A DNA stretch of 64,000 nucleotides from Eledone cirrhosa (taxonomy: Eukaryota). Every line of letters starts with the position of its first letter. Position 1 is the stretch's first letter. The notes beneath the pieces were generated by a model. That model searched no databases, was not told the origin of the DNA, and saw only the letters and a list, made by a program, of their open reading frames with translations. Positions 40,005-53,000 of this stretch are shown here, piece by piece. The translations under genes were made by a program, and so were the position numbers. Location of the stretch: NCBI GenBank assembly GCA_964016885.1, contig OZ024744.1, positions 2,976,001 through 3,040,000 of the forward strand, given 5' to 3'.

Positions 40005-43000
40005 TTGGTGAAGAACGAAGTTTTGGGGGAAGACAAGGTAGAGAAAGATAGCTTGGTGAAGAACGAAGTTTTGAGGGAAGTCAAGGTAGAGAAAGATAGC
40101 TTGGTGAATAACGAAGTTTTGGGAGAAGACAAGGTAGAGAAAGATAGTTGGTGAAGAACGAAGTTTTGAGGGAAGACAAGGTAGAGAAAGATAGCTTGGT
40201 GAAGAACGACGTTTTGAGGGAAGACAAGGTAGAGAAAGATAGCTTGGTGAAGAACGACGTTTTGTGGGAAGACAAGGTAGAGAAAGATAGCTTGGTGAAG
40301 AACGAAGTTTTGGGGGAAGACAAGGTAGAGAAAGATAGCTTGGTGAAGAGGGAAGTTTTGGGAGAAGACAAGGTAGAGAAAGATAGCTTGGTGAAGAACG
40401 AAGTTTTGAGGGAAGACAAGGTAGAGAAAGATAGCTTGGTGAAGAACGACGTTTTGAGGGAAGACAAGGTAGAGAAAGATAGCTTGATGAAGAACGACGT
40501 TTTGTGGGAAGACAAGGTAGAGAAAGATAGCTTGGTGAAGAACGAAGTTTTGGGGGAAGACAAGGTAGAGAAAGATAGCTTGGTGAAGAACGAAGTTTTG
40601 GGGGAAGACAAGGTAGAGAAAGATAGCTTGGTGAAGAACGAAGTTTTGGGGGAAGACAAGGTAGAGAAAGATAGCTTGGTGAAGAACGAAGTTTTGGGGA
40701 AGACAATGTAGAGAAAGATAGCTTGGTGAAGAACGAAGTTTTGGGGGAAGACAAGGTAGAGAAAGATAGCTTGGTGAATAACGAAGTTTTGGGAGAAGAC
40801 AAGGTCGAGAAAGATAGCTTGGTGAAGAACGAAATTTTGAGGGAAGACAAGGTAGAGAAAGATAGCTTGGTGAAGAACGACGTTTTGGTGGAAGACAAGG
40901 TAGAGAAAGATAGCTTGGTGAAGAACGATATTTTGGGGAAGACAATGTAGAGAAAGATAGCTTGGTGAAGAACGAAGTTTTGGGGGAAGACAAGGTAGAG
41001 AAAGATAGCTTGGTGAAGAACGAAGTTTTGAGGGAAGACAAGGTAGAGAAAGATAGCTTGGTGAATAACGAAGTTTTGGGAGAAGACAAGGTAGAGAAAG
41101 ATAGTTGGTGAAGAACGAAGTTTTGAGGGATGACAAGGTAGAGAAAGATAGCTTGGTGAAGAACGACGTTTTGAGGGAAGACAAGGTAGAGAAAGATAGC
41201 TTGGTGAAGAACGACGTTTTGTGGGAAGACAAGGTAGAGAAAGATAGCTTGGTGAAGAACGAAGTTTTGGGGGAAGACAAGGTAGAGAAAGATAGCTTGG
41301 TGAAGAACGAAGTTTTGGGGAAGACAATGTAGAGAAAGATAGCTTGGTGAAGAACGAAGTTTTGGGGGAAGACAAGGTAGAGAAAGATAGCTTGGTGAAG
41401 AACGAAGTTTTGAGGGAAGACAAGGTAGAGAAAGATAGCTTGGTGAATAACGAAGTTTTGGGAGAAGACAAGGTAGAGAAAGATAGCTTGGTGAAGAACG
41501 ACGTTTTGAGGGAAGACAAGGTAGAGAAAGATAGCTTGGTGAAGAACGAAGTTTTGGGGGAAGACAAGGTAGAGAAAGATAGCTTGGTGAAGAACGAAGT
41601 TTTGGGGGAAGACAAGGTAGAGAAAGATAGCTTGGTGAAGAACGAAGTTTTGGGGAAGACAATGTAGAGAAAGATAGCTTGGTGAAGAACGAAGTTTTGG
41701 GGGAAGACAAGGTAGAGAAAGATAGCTTGGTGAAGAAGGAAATTTTGAGGGAAGACAAGGTAGAGAAAAATAGCTTGGTGAAGAACGACGTTTTGGTGGA
41801 AGACAAGGTAGAGAAAGATAGCTTGGTGAAGAACGATGTTTTGGGGAAGACAATGTAGAGAAAGATAGCTTGGTGAATAACGAAGTTTTGGGATAAGTCA
41901 AGGTAGAGAAATATAGCTTGGTGAAGAACGACGTTTTGGGAGAAGACAAGGTAGAGAAAGATAGCTTGGGGAAGAACGAAGTTTTGGGGGAAGACAAGGT
42001 AGAGAAAGATAGCTTGGTGAAGAACGAAGTTTTGAGGGAAGACAAGGTAGAGAAAGATAGCTTGGTGAATAACGAAGTTTTGGGAGAAGACAAGGTAGAG
42101 AAAGATAGTTGGTGAAGAACGAAGTTTTGAGGGAAGACAAGGTAGAGAAAGATAGCTTGGTGAAGAACGACGTTTTGAGGGAAGACAAGGTAGAGAAAGA
42201 TAGCTTGGTGAAGAACGACGTTTTGTGGGAAGACAAGGTAGAGAAAGATAGCTTGGTGAAGAACGAAGTTTTGGGGGAAGACAAGGTAGAGAAAGATAGC
42301 TTGGTGAAGAGGGAAGTTTTGGGAGAAGACAAGGGAGAGAAAGATAGCTTGGTGAAGAACGAAGTTTTGAGGGAAGACAAGGTAGAGAAAGATAGCTTGG
42401 TGAAGAACGACGTTTTGAGGGAAGACAAGGTAGAGAAAGATAGCTTGGTGAAGAACGACGTTTTGTTGGGAAGACAAGGTAGAGAAAGATAGCTTGGTGA
42501 AGAACGAAGTTTTGGGGGAAGACAAGGTAGAGAAAGATAGCTTGGTGAAGAACGAAGTTTTGGGGGAAGACAAGGTAGAGAAAGATAGCTTGGTGAAGAA
42601 CGAAGTTTTGGGGGAAGACAAGGTAGAGAAAGATAGCTTGGTGAAGAACGAAGTTTTGGGGAAGACAATGTAGAGAAAGATAGCTTGGTGAAGAACGAAG
42701 TTTTGGGGGAAGACAAGGTAGAGAAAGATAGCTTGGTGAATAACGAAGTTTTGGGAGAAGACAAGGTCGAGAAAGATAGCTTGGTGAAGAACGAAATTTT
42801 GAGGGAAGACAAGGTAGAGAAAGATAGCTTGGTGAAGAACGACGTTTTGGTGGAAGACAAGGTAGAGAAAGATAGCTTGGTGAAGAACGAAGTTTTGGGG
42901 GAAGACAAGGTAGAGAAAGATAGCTTGGTGAAGAACGAAGTTTTGAGGGAAGTCAAGGTAGAGAAAGATAGCTTGGTGAATAACGAAGTTTTGGGAGAAG

Positions 43001-45749
43001 ACAAGGTAGAGAAAGATAGTTGGTGAAGAACGAAGTTTTGAGGGAAGACAAGGTAGAGAAAGATAGCTTGGTGAAGAACGACGTTTTGAGGGAAGACAAG
43101 GTAGAGAAAGATAGCTTGGTGAAGAACGACGTTTTGTGGGAAGACAAGGTAGAGAAAGATAGCTTGGTGAAGAACGAAGTTTTGGGGGAAGACAAGGTAG
43201 AGAAAGATAGCTTGGTGAAGAGGGAAGTTTTGGGAGAAGACAAGGTAGAGAAAGATAGCTTGGTGAAGAACGAAGTTTTGAGGGAAGACAAGGTAGAGAA
43301 AGATAGCTTGGTGAAGAACGACGTTTTGAGGGAAGACAAGGTAGAGAAAGATAGCTTGATGAAGAACGACGTTTTGTGGGAAGACAAGGTAGAGAAAGAT
43401 AGCTTGGTGAAGAACGAAGTTTTGGGGGAAGACAAGGTAGAGAAAGATAGCTTGGTGAAGAACGAAGTTTTGGGGGAAGACAAGGTAGAGAAAGATAGCT
43501 TGGTGAAGAACGAAGTTTTGGGGGAAGACAAGGTAGAGAAAGATAGCTTGGTGAAGAACGAAGTTTTGGGGAAGACAATGTAGAGAAAGATAGCTTGGTG
43601 AAGAACGAAGTTTTGGGGGAAGACAAGGTAGAGAAAGATAGCTTGGTGAATAACGAAGTTTTGGGAGAAGACAAGGTCGAGAAAGATAGCTTGGTGAAGA
43701 ACGAAATTTTGAGGGAAGACAAGGTAGAGAAAGATAGCTTGGTGAAGAACGACGTTTTGGTGGAAGACAAGGTAGAGAAAGATAGCTTGGTGAAGAACGA
43801 TATTTTGGGGAAGACAATGTAGAGAAAGATAGCTTGGTGAAGAACGAAGTTTTGGGGGAAGACAAGGTAGAGAAAGATAGCTTGGTGAAGAACGAAGTTT
43901 TGAGGGAAGACAAGGTAGAGAAAGATAGCTTGGTGAATAACGAAGTTTTGGGAGAAGACAAGGTAGAGAAAGATAGTTGGTGAAGAACGAAGTTTTGAGG
44001 GATGACAAGGTAGAGAAAGATAGCTTGGTGAAGAACGACGTTTTGAGGGAAGACAAGGTAGAGAAAGATAGCTTGGTGAAGAACGACGTTTTGTGGGAAG
44101 ACAAGGTAGAGAAAGATAGCTTGGTGAAGAACGAAGTTTTGGGGGAAGACAAGGTAGAGAAAGATAGCTTGGTGAAGAACGAAGTTTTGGGGAAGACAAT
44201 GTAGAGAAAGATAGCTTGGTGAAGAACGAAGTTTTGGGGGAAGACAAGGTAGAGAAAGATAGCTTGGTGAAGAACGAAGTTTTGAGGGAAGACAAGGTAG
44301 AGAAAGATAGCTTGGTGAATAACGAAGTTTTGGGAGAAGACAAGGTAGAGAAAGATAGCTTGGTGAAGAACGACGTTTTGAGGGAAGACAAGGTAGAGAA
44401 AGATAGCTTGGTGAAGAACGAAGTTTTGGGGGAAGACAAGGTAGAGAAAGATAGCTTGGTGAAGAACGAAGTTTTGGGGGAAGACAAGGTAGAGAAAGAT
44501 AGCTTGGTGAAGAACGAAGTTTTGGGGAAGACAATGTAGAGAAAGATAGCTTGGTGAAGAACGAAGTTTTGGGGGAAGACAAGGTAGAGAAAGATAGCTT
44601 GGTGAAGAAGGAAATTTTGAGGGAAGACAAGGTAGAGAAAAATAGCTTGGTGAAGAACGACGTTTTGGTGGAAGACAAGGTAGAGAAAGATAGCTTGGTG
44701 AAGAACGATGTTTTGGGGAAGACAATGTAGAGAAAGATAGCTTGGTGAATAACGAAGTTTTGGGAGAAGTCAAGGTAGAGAAATATAGCTTGGTGAAGAA
44801 CGACGTTTTGGGAGAAGACAAGGTAGAGAAAGATAGCTTGGGGAAGAACGAAGTTTTGGGGGAAGACAAGGTAGAGAAAGATAGCTTGGTGAAGAACGAA
44901 GTTTTGAGGGAAGACAAGGTAGAGAAAGATAGCTTGGTGAATAACGAAGTTTTGGGAGAAGACAAGGTAGAGAAAGATAGTTGGTGAAGAACGAAGTTTT
45001 GAGGGAAGACAAGGTAGAGAAAGATAGCTTGGTGAAGAACGACGTTTTGAGGGAAGACAAGGTAGAGAAAGATAGCTTGGTGAAGAACGACGTTTTGTGG
45101 GAAGACAAGGTAGAGAAAGATAGCTTGGTGAAGAACGAAGTTTTGGGGGAAGACAAGGTAGAGAAAGATAGCTTGGTGAAGAGGGAAGTTTTGGGAGAAG
45201 ACAAGGGAGAGAAAGATAGCTTGGTGAAGAACGAAGTTTTGAGGGAAGACAAGGTAGAGAAAGATAGCTTGGTGAAGAACGACGTTTTGAGGGAAGACAA
45301 GGTAGAGAAAGATAGCTTGGTGAAGAACGACGTTTTGTTGGGAAGACAAGGTAGAGAAAGATAGCTTGGTGAAGAACGAAGTTTTGGGGGAAGACAAGGT
45401 AGAGAAAGATAGCTTGGTGAAGAACGAAGTTTTGGGGGAAGACAAGGTAGAGAAAGATAGCTTGGTGAAGAACGAAGTTTTGGGGGAAGACAAGGTAGAG
45501 AAAGATAGCTTGGTGAAGAACGAAGTTTTGGGGAAGACAATGTAGAGAAAGATAGCTTGGTGAAGAACGAAGTTTTGGGGGAAGACAAGGTAGAGAAAGA
45601 TAGCTTGGTGAATAACGAAGTTTTGGGAGAAGACAAGGTCGAGAAAGATAGCTTGGTGAAGAACGAAATTTTGAGGGAAGACAAGGTAGAGAAAGATAGC
45701 TTGGTGAAGAACGACGTTTTGGTGGAAGACAAGGTAGAGAAAGATAGCT
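40005..45749. repeat. Tandem duplication, 2872 bp unit (60 monomers)
   Basis: ORF starts 40148/43020, 40723/43595, 41105/43977, 41344/44216, 42109/44981 and 42685/45557. AGTCAAGG is at 40081/42953 and 41898/44770. Confidence 0.9.
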
Positions 45750-48700
45750 TGGTGAAGAACGAAGTTTTGGGGGAAGACAAGGTAGAGAAAGATAGCTTGG
45801 TGAAGAACGAAGTTTTGAGGGAAGACAAGGTAGAGAAAGATAGCTTGGTGAATAACGAGGTTTTGGGAGAAGACAAGGTAGAGTAAGATAGTTGGTGAAG
45901 AACGAAGTTTTGAGGGATGACAAGGTAGAGAAAGATAGCTTGGTGAAGAACGACGTTTTGAGGGAAGACAAGGTAGAGAAAGATAGCTTGGTGAAGAACG
46001 ACGTTTTGTGGGAAGACAAGGTAGAGAAAGATAGCTTGGTGAAGAACGAAGTTTTGGGGGAAGACAAGGTAGAGAAAGATAGCTTGGTGAAGAACGAAGT
46101 TTTGGGGAAGACAATGTAGAGAAAGATAGCTTGGTGAAGAACGAAGTTTTGGGGGAAGACAAGGTAGAGAAAGATAGCTTGGTGAAGAACGAAGTTTTGA
46201 GGGAAGACAAGGTAGAGAAAGATAGCTTGGTGAATAACGAAGTTTTGGGAGAAGACAAGGTAGAGAAAGATAGCTTGGTGAAGAACGACGTTTTGAGGGA
46301 AGACAAGGTAGAGAAAGATAGCTTGGTGAAGAACGAAGTTTTGGGGGAAGACAAGGTAGAGAAAGATAGCTTGGTGAAGAACGAAGTTTTGGGGGAAGAC
46401 AAGGTAGAGAAAGATAGCTTGGTGAAGAACGAAGTTTTGGGGAAGACAATGTAGAGAAAGATAGCTTGGTGAAGAACGAAGTTTTGGGGGAAGACAAGGT
46501 AGAGAAAGATAGCTTGGTGAAGAAGGAAATTTTGAGGGAAGACAAGGTAGAGAAAAATAGCTTGGTGAAGAACGACGTTTTGGTGGAAGACAAGGTAGAG
46601 AAAGATAGCTTGGTGAAGAACGATGTTTTGGGGAAGACAAGGTAGAGAAAGATAGCTTGGTGAAGAACGAAGTTTTGGGGGTAGACAAGGTAGAGAAAGA
46701 TAGCTTGGTGAAGAACGGAGTTTTGGGGGAAGACAAGGTAGAGAAAGATAGCTTGGTGAAGAACGACGTTTTGAGGGAAGACAAGGTAGAGAAAGATAGC
46801 TTGGTGAAGAACGACGTTTTGAGGGAAGACAAGGTAGAGAAAGATAGCTTGGTGAAGAACGACGTTTTGTGGGAAGACAAGGTAGAGAAAGATAGCTTGG
46901 TGAAGAACGAAGTTTTGGGGGAAGACAAGGTAGAGAAAGATAGCTTGGTGAAGAGGGAAGTTTTGGGAGAAGACAAGGTAGAGAAAGATAGCTTGGTGAA
47001 GAACGAAGTTTTGAGGGAAGACAAGGTAGAGAAAGATAGCTTGGTGAAGAACGACGTTTTGAGGGAAGACAAGGTAGAGAAAGATAGCTTGGTGAAGAAC
47101 GACGTTTTGTGGGAAGACAAGGTAGAGAAAGATAGCTTGGTGAAGAACGAAGTTTTGGGGGAAGACAAGGTAGAGAAAGATAGCTTGGTGAAGAACGAAG
47201 TTTTGGGGGAAGACAAGGTAGAGAAAGATAGCTTGGTGAAGAACGAAGTTTTGGGGGAAGACAAGGTAGAGAAAGATAGCTTGGTGAAGAACGAAGTTTT
47301 GGGGAAGACAATGTAGAGAAAGATAGCTTGGTGAAGAACGAAGTTTTGGGGGAAGACAAGGTAGAGAAAGATAGCTTGGTGAATAACGAAGTTTTGGGAG
47401 AAGACAAGGTCGAGAAAGATAGCTTGGTGAAGAACGAAATTTTGAGGGAAGACAAGGTAGAGAAAGATAGCTTGGTGAAGAACGACGTTTTGGTGGAAGA
47501 CAAGGTAGAGAAAGATAGCTTGGTGAAGAACGATATTTTGGGGAAGACAATGTAGAGAAAGATAGCTTGGTGAAGAACGAAGTTTTGGGGGAAGACAAGG
47601 TAGAGAAAGATAGCTTGGTGAAGAACGAAGTTTTGAGGGAAGACAAGGTAGAGAAAGATAGCTTGGTGAATAACGAAGTTTTGGGAGAAGACAAGGTAGA
47701 GAAAGATAGTTGGTGAAGAACGAAGTTTTGAGGGATGACAAGGTAGAGAAAGATAGCTTGGTGAAGAACGACGTTTTGAGGGAAGACAAGGTAGAGAAAG
47801 ATAGCTTGGTGAATAACGAAGTTTTGGGAGAAGACAAGGTAGAGAAAGATAGCTTGGTGAAGAACGACGTTTTGTGGGAAGACAAGGTAGAGAAAGATAG
47901 CTTGGTGAAGAACGAAGTTTTGGGGGAAGACAAGGTAGAGAAAGATAGCTTGGTGAAGAGGGAAGTTTTGGGAGAAGACAAGGGAGAGAAAGATAGCTTG
48001 GTGAAGAACGAAGTTTTGAGGGAAGACAAGGTAGAGAAAGATAGCTTGGTGAAGAACGACGTTTTGAGGGAAGACAAGGTAGAGAAAGATAGCTTGGTGA
48101 AGAACGACGTTTTGTTGGGAAGACAAGGTAGAGAAAGATAGCTTGGTGAAGAACGAAGTTTTGGGGGAAGACAAGGTAGAGAAAGATAGCTTGGTGAAGA
48201 ACGAAGTTTTGGGGGAAGACAAGGTAGAGAAAGATAGCTTGGTGAAGAACGAAGTTTTGGGGGAAGACAAGGTAGAGAAAGATAGCTTGGTGAAGAACGA
48301 AGTTTTGGGGAAGACAATGTAGAGAAAGATAGCTTGGTGAAGAACGAAGTTTTGGGGGAAGACAAGGTAGAGAAAGATAGCTTGGTGAATAACGAAGTTT
48401 TGGGAGAAGACAAGGTCGAGAAAGATAGCTTGGTGAAGAACGAAATTTTGAGGGAAGACAAGGTAGAGAAAGATAGCTTGGTGAAGAACGACGTTTTGGT
48501 GGAAGACAAGGTAGAGAAAGATAGCTTGGTGAAGAACGAAGTTTTGGGGGAAGACAAGGTAGAGAAAGATAGCTTGGTGAAGAACGAAGTTTTGAGGGAA
48601 GACAAGGTAGAGAAAGATAGCTTGGTGAATAACGAGGTTTTGGGAGAAGACAAGGTAGAGTAAGATAGTTGGTGAAGAACGAAGTTTTGAGGGATGACAA

Positions 48701-51700
48701 GGTAGAGAAAGATAGCTTGGTGAAGAACGACGTTTTGAGGGAAGACAAGGTAGAGAAAGATAGCTTGGTGAAGAACGACGTTTTGTGGGAAGACAAGGTA
48801 GAGAAAGATAGCTTGGTGAAGAACGAAGTTTTGGGGGAAGACAAGGTAGAGAAAGATAGCTTGGTGAAGAACGAAGTTTTGGGGAAGACAATGTAGAGAA
48901 AGATAGCTTGGTGAAGAACGAAGTTTTGGGGGAAGACAAGGTAGAGAAAGATAGCTTGGTGAAGAACGAAGTTTTGAGGGAAGACAAGGTAGAGAAAGAT
49001 AGCTTGGTGAATAACAAAGTTTTGGGAGAAGACAAGGTAGAGAAAGATAGCTTGGTGAAGAACGACGTTTTGAGGGAAGACAAGGTAGAGAAAGATAGCT
49101 TGGTGAAGAACGAAGTTTTGGGGGAAGACAAGGTAGAGAAAGATAGCTTGGTGAAGAACGAAGTTTTGGGGGAAGACAAGGTAGAGAAAGATAGCTTGGT
49201 GAAGAACGAAGTTTTGGGGAAGACAATGTAGAGAAAGATAGCTTGGTGAAGAACGAAGTTTTGGGGGAAGACAAGGTAGAGAAAGATAGCTTGGTGAAGA
49301 AGGAAATTTTGAGGGAAGACAAGGTAGAGAAAAATAGCTTGGTGAAGAACGACGTTTTGGTGGAAGACAAGGTAGAGAAAGATAGCTTGGTGAAGAACGA
49401 TGTTTTGGGGAAGACAAGGTAGAGAAAGATAGCTTGGTGAAGAACGAAGTTTTGGGGGTAGACAAGGTAGAGAAAGATAGCTTGGTGAAGAACGGAGTTT
49501 TGGGGGAAGACAAGGTAGAGAAAGATAGCTTGGTGAAGAACGACGTTTTGAGGGAAGACAAGGTAGAGAAAGATAGCTTGGTGAAGAACGACGTTTTGAG
49601 GGAAGACAAGGTAGAGAAAGATAGCTTGGTGAAGAACGACGTTTTGTGGGAAGACAAGGTAGAGAAAGATAGCTTGGTGAAGAACGAAGTTTTGGGGGAA
49701 GACAAGGTAGAGAAAGATAGCTTGGTGAAGAGGGAAGTTTTGGGAGAAGACAAGGTAGAGAAAGATAGCTTGGTGAAGAACGAAGTTTTGAGGGAAGACA
49801 AGGTAGAGAAAGATAGCTTGGTGAAGAACGACGTTTTGAGGGAAGACAAGGTAGAGAAAGATAGCTTGGTGAAGAACGACGTTTTGTGGGAAGACAAGGT
49901 AGAGAAAGATAGCTTGGTGAAGAACGAAGTTTTGGGGGAAGACAAGGTAGAGAAAGATAGCTTGGTGAAGAACGAAGTTTTGGGGGAAGACAAGGTAGAG
50001 AAAGATAGCTTGGTGAAGAACGAAGTTTTGGGGGAAGACAAGGTAGAGAAAGATAGCTTGGTGAAGAACGAAGTTTTGGGGAAGACAATGTAGAGAAAGA
50101 TAGCTTGGTGAAGAACGAAGTTTTGGGAGAAGACAAGGTAGAGAAAGATAGTTGGTGAAGAACGAAGTTTTGAGGGATGACAAGGTAGAGAAAGATAGCT
50201 TGGTGAAGAACGACGTTTTGAGGGAAGACAAGGTAGAGAAAGATAGCTTGGTGAATAACGAAGTTTTGGGAGAAGACAAGGTAGAGAAAGATAGTTGGTG
50301 AAGAACGAAGTTTTGAGGGAAGACAAGGTAGAGAAAGATAGCTTGGTGAAGAACGACGTTTTGAGGGAAGACAAGGTAGAGAAAGATAGCTTGGTGAAGA
50401 ACGACGTTTTGTGGGAAGACAAGGTAGAGAAAGATAGCTTGGTGAAGAACGAAGTTTTGGGGGAAGACAAGGTAGAGAAAGATAGCTTGGTGAAGAGGGA
50501 AGTTTTGGGAGAAGACAAGGGAGAGAAAGATAGCTTGGTGAAGAACGAAGTTTTGAGGGAAGACAAGGTAGAGAAAGATAGCTTGGTGAAGAACGACGTT
50601 TTGAGGGAAGACAAGGTAGAGAAAGATAGCTTGGTGAAGAACGACGTTTTGTTGGGAAGACAAGGTAGAGAAAGATAGCTTGGTGAAGAACGAAGTTTTG
50701 GGGGAAGACAAGGTAGAGAAAGATAGCTTGGTGAAGAACGAAGTTTTGGGGGAAGACAAGGTAGAGAAAGATAGCTTGGTGAAGAACGAAGTTTTGGGGG
50801 AAGACAAGGTAGAGAAAGATAGCTTGGTGAAGAACGAAGTTTTGGGGAAGACAATGTAGAGAAAGATAGCTTGGTGAAGAACGAAGTTTTGGGGGAAGAC
50901 AAGGTAGAGAAAGATAGCTTGGTGAATAACGAAGTTTTGGGAGAAGACAAGGTCGAGAAAGATAGCTTGGTGAAGAACGAAATTTTGAGGGAAGACAAGG
51001 TAGAGAAAGATAGCTTGGTGAAGAACGACGTTTTGGTGGAAGACAAGGTAGAGAAAGATAGCTTGGTGAAGAACGAAGTTTTGGGGGAAGACAAGGTAGA
51101 GAAAGATAGCTTGGTGAAGAACGAAGTTTTGAGGGAAGACAAGGTAGAGAAAGATAGCTTGGTGAATAACGAGGTTTTGGGAGAAGACAAGGTAGAGTAA
51201 GATAGTTGGTGAAGAACGAAGTTTTGAGGGATGACAAGGTAGAGAAAGATAGCTTGGTGAAGAACGACGTTTTGAGGGAAGACAAGGTAGAGAAAGATAG
51301 CTTGGTGAAGAACGACGTTTTGTGGGAAGACAAGGTAGAGAAAGATAGCTTGGTGAAGAACGAAGTTTTGGGGGAAGACAAGGTAGAGAAAGATAGCTTG
51401 GTGAAGAACGAAGTTTTGGGGAAGACAATGTAGAGAAAGATAGCTTGGTGAAGAACGAAGTTTTGGGGGAAGACAAGGTAGAGAAAGATAGCTTGGTGAA
51501 GAACGAAGTTTTGAGGGAAGACAAGGTAGAGAAAGATAGCTTGGTGAATAACGAAGTTTTGGGAGAAGACAAGGTAGAGAAAGATAGCTTGGTGAAGAAC
51601 GACGTTTTGAGGGAAGACAAGGTAGAGAAAGATAGCTTGGTGAAGAACGAAGTTTTGGGGGAAGACAAGGTAGAGAAAGATAGCTTGGTGAAGAACGAAG

Positions 51701-53000
51701 TTTTGGGGGAAGACAAGGTAGAGAAAGATAGCTTGGTGAAGAACGAAGTTTTGGGGAAGACAATGTAGAGAAAGATAGCTTGGTGAAGAACGAAGTTTTG
51801 GGGGAAGACAAGGTAGAGAAAGATAGCTTGGTGAAGAAGGAAATTTTGAGGGAAGACAAGGTAGAGAAAAATAGCTTGGTGAAGAACGACGTTTTGGTGG
51901 AAGACAAGGTAGAGAAAGATAGCTTGGTGAAGAACGATGTTTTGGGGAAGACAAGGTAGAGAAAGATAGCTTGGTGAAGAACGAAGTTTTGGGGGTAGAC
52001 AAGGTAGAGAAAGATAGCTTGGTGAAGAACGGAGTTTTGGGGGAAGACAAGGTAGAGAAAGATAGCTTGGTGAAGAACGACGTTTTGAGGGAAGACAAGG
52101 TAGAGAAAGATAGCTTGGTGAAGAACGACGTTTTGAGGGAAGACAAGGTAGAGAAAGATAGCTTGGTGAAGAACGACGTTTTGTGGGAAGACAAGGTAGA
52201 GAAAGATAGCTTGGTGAAGAACGAAGTTTTGGGGGAAGACAAGGTAGAGAAAGATAGCTTGGTGAAGAGGGAAGTTTTGGGAGAAGACAAGGTAGAGAAA
52301 GATAGCTTGGTGAAGAACGAAGTTTTGAGGGAAGACAAGGTAGAGAAAGATAGCTTGGTGAAGAACGACGTTTTGAGGGAAGACAAGGTAGAGAAAGATA
52401 GCTTGGTGAAGAACGACGTTTTGTGGGAAGACAAGGTAGAGAAAGATAGCTTGGTGAAGAACGAAGTTTTGGGGGAAGACAAGGTAGAGAAAGATAGCTT
52501 GGTGAAGAACGAAGTTTTGGGGGAAGACAAGGTAGAGAAAGATAGCTTGGTGAAGAACGAAGTTTTGGGGGAAGACAAGGTAGAGAAAGATAGCTTGGTG
52601 AAGAACGAAGTTTTGGGGAAGACAATGTAGAGAAAGATAGCTTGGTGAAGAACGAAGTTTTGGGGGAAGACAAGGTAGAGAAAGATAGCTTGGTGAATAA
52701 CGAAGTTTTGGGAGAAGACAAGGTCGAGAAAGATAGCTTGGTGAAGAACGAAATTTTGAGGGAAGACAAGGTAGAGAAAGATAGCTTGGTGAAGAACGAC
52801 GTTTTGGTGGAAGACAAGGTAGAGAAAGATAGCTTGGTGAAGAACGATATTTTGGGGAAGACAATGTAGAGAAAGATAGCTTGGTGAAGAACGAAGTTTT
52901 GGGGGAAGACAAGGTAGAGAAAGATAGCTTGGTGAAGAACGAAGTTTTGAGGGAAGACAAGGTAGAGAAAGATAGCTTGGTGAATAACGAAGTTTTGGGA
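45080..53000. repeat. Three related higher-order units spaced 2777 and 2537 bp
   Basis: The GAGTAAGATAG marker is at 45884, 48661 and 51198. ORF triplets 45557/48334/50871, 45892/48669/51206 and 46657/49434/51971. Confidence 0.85.
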
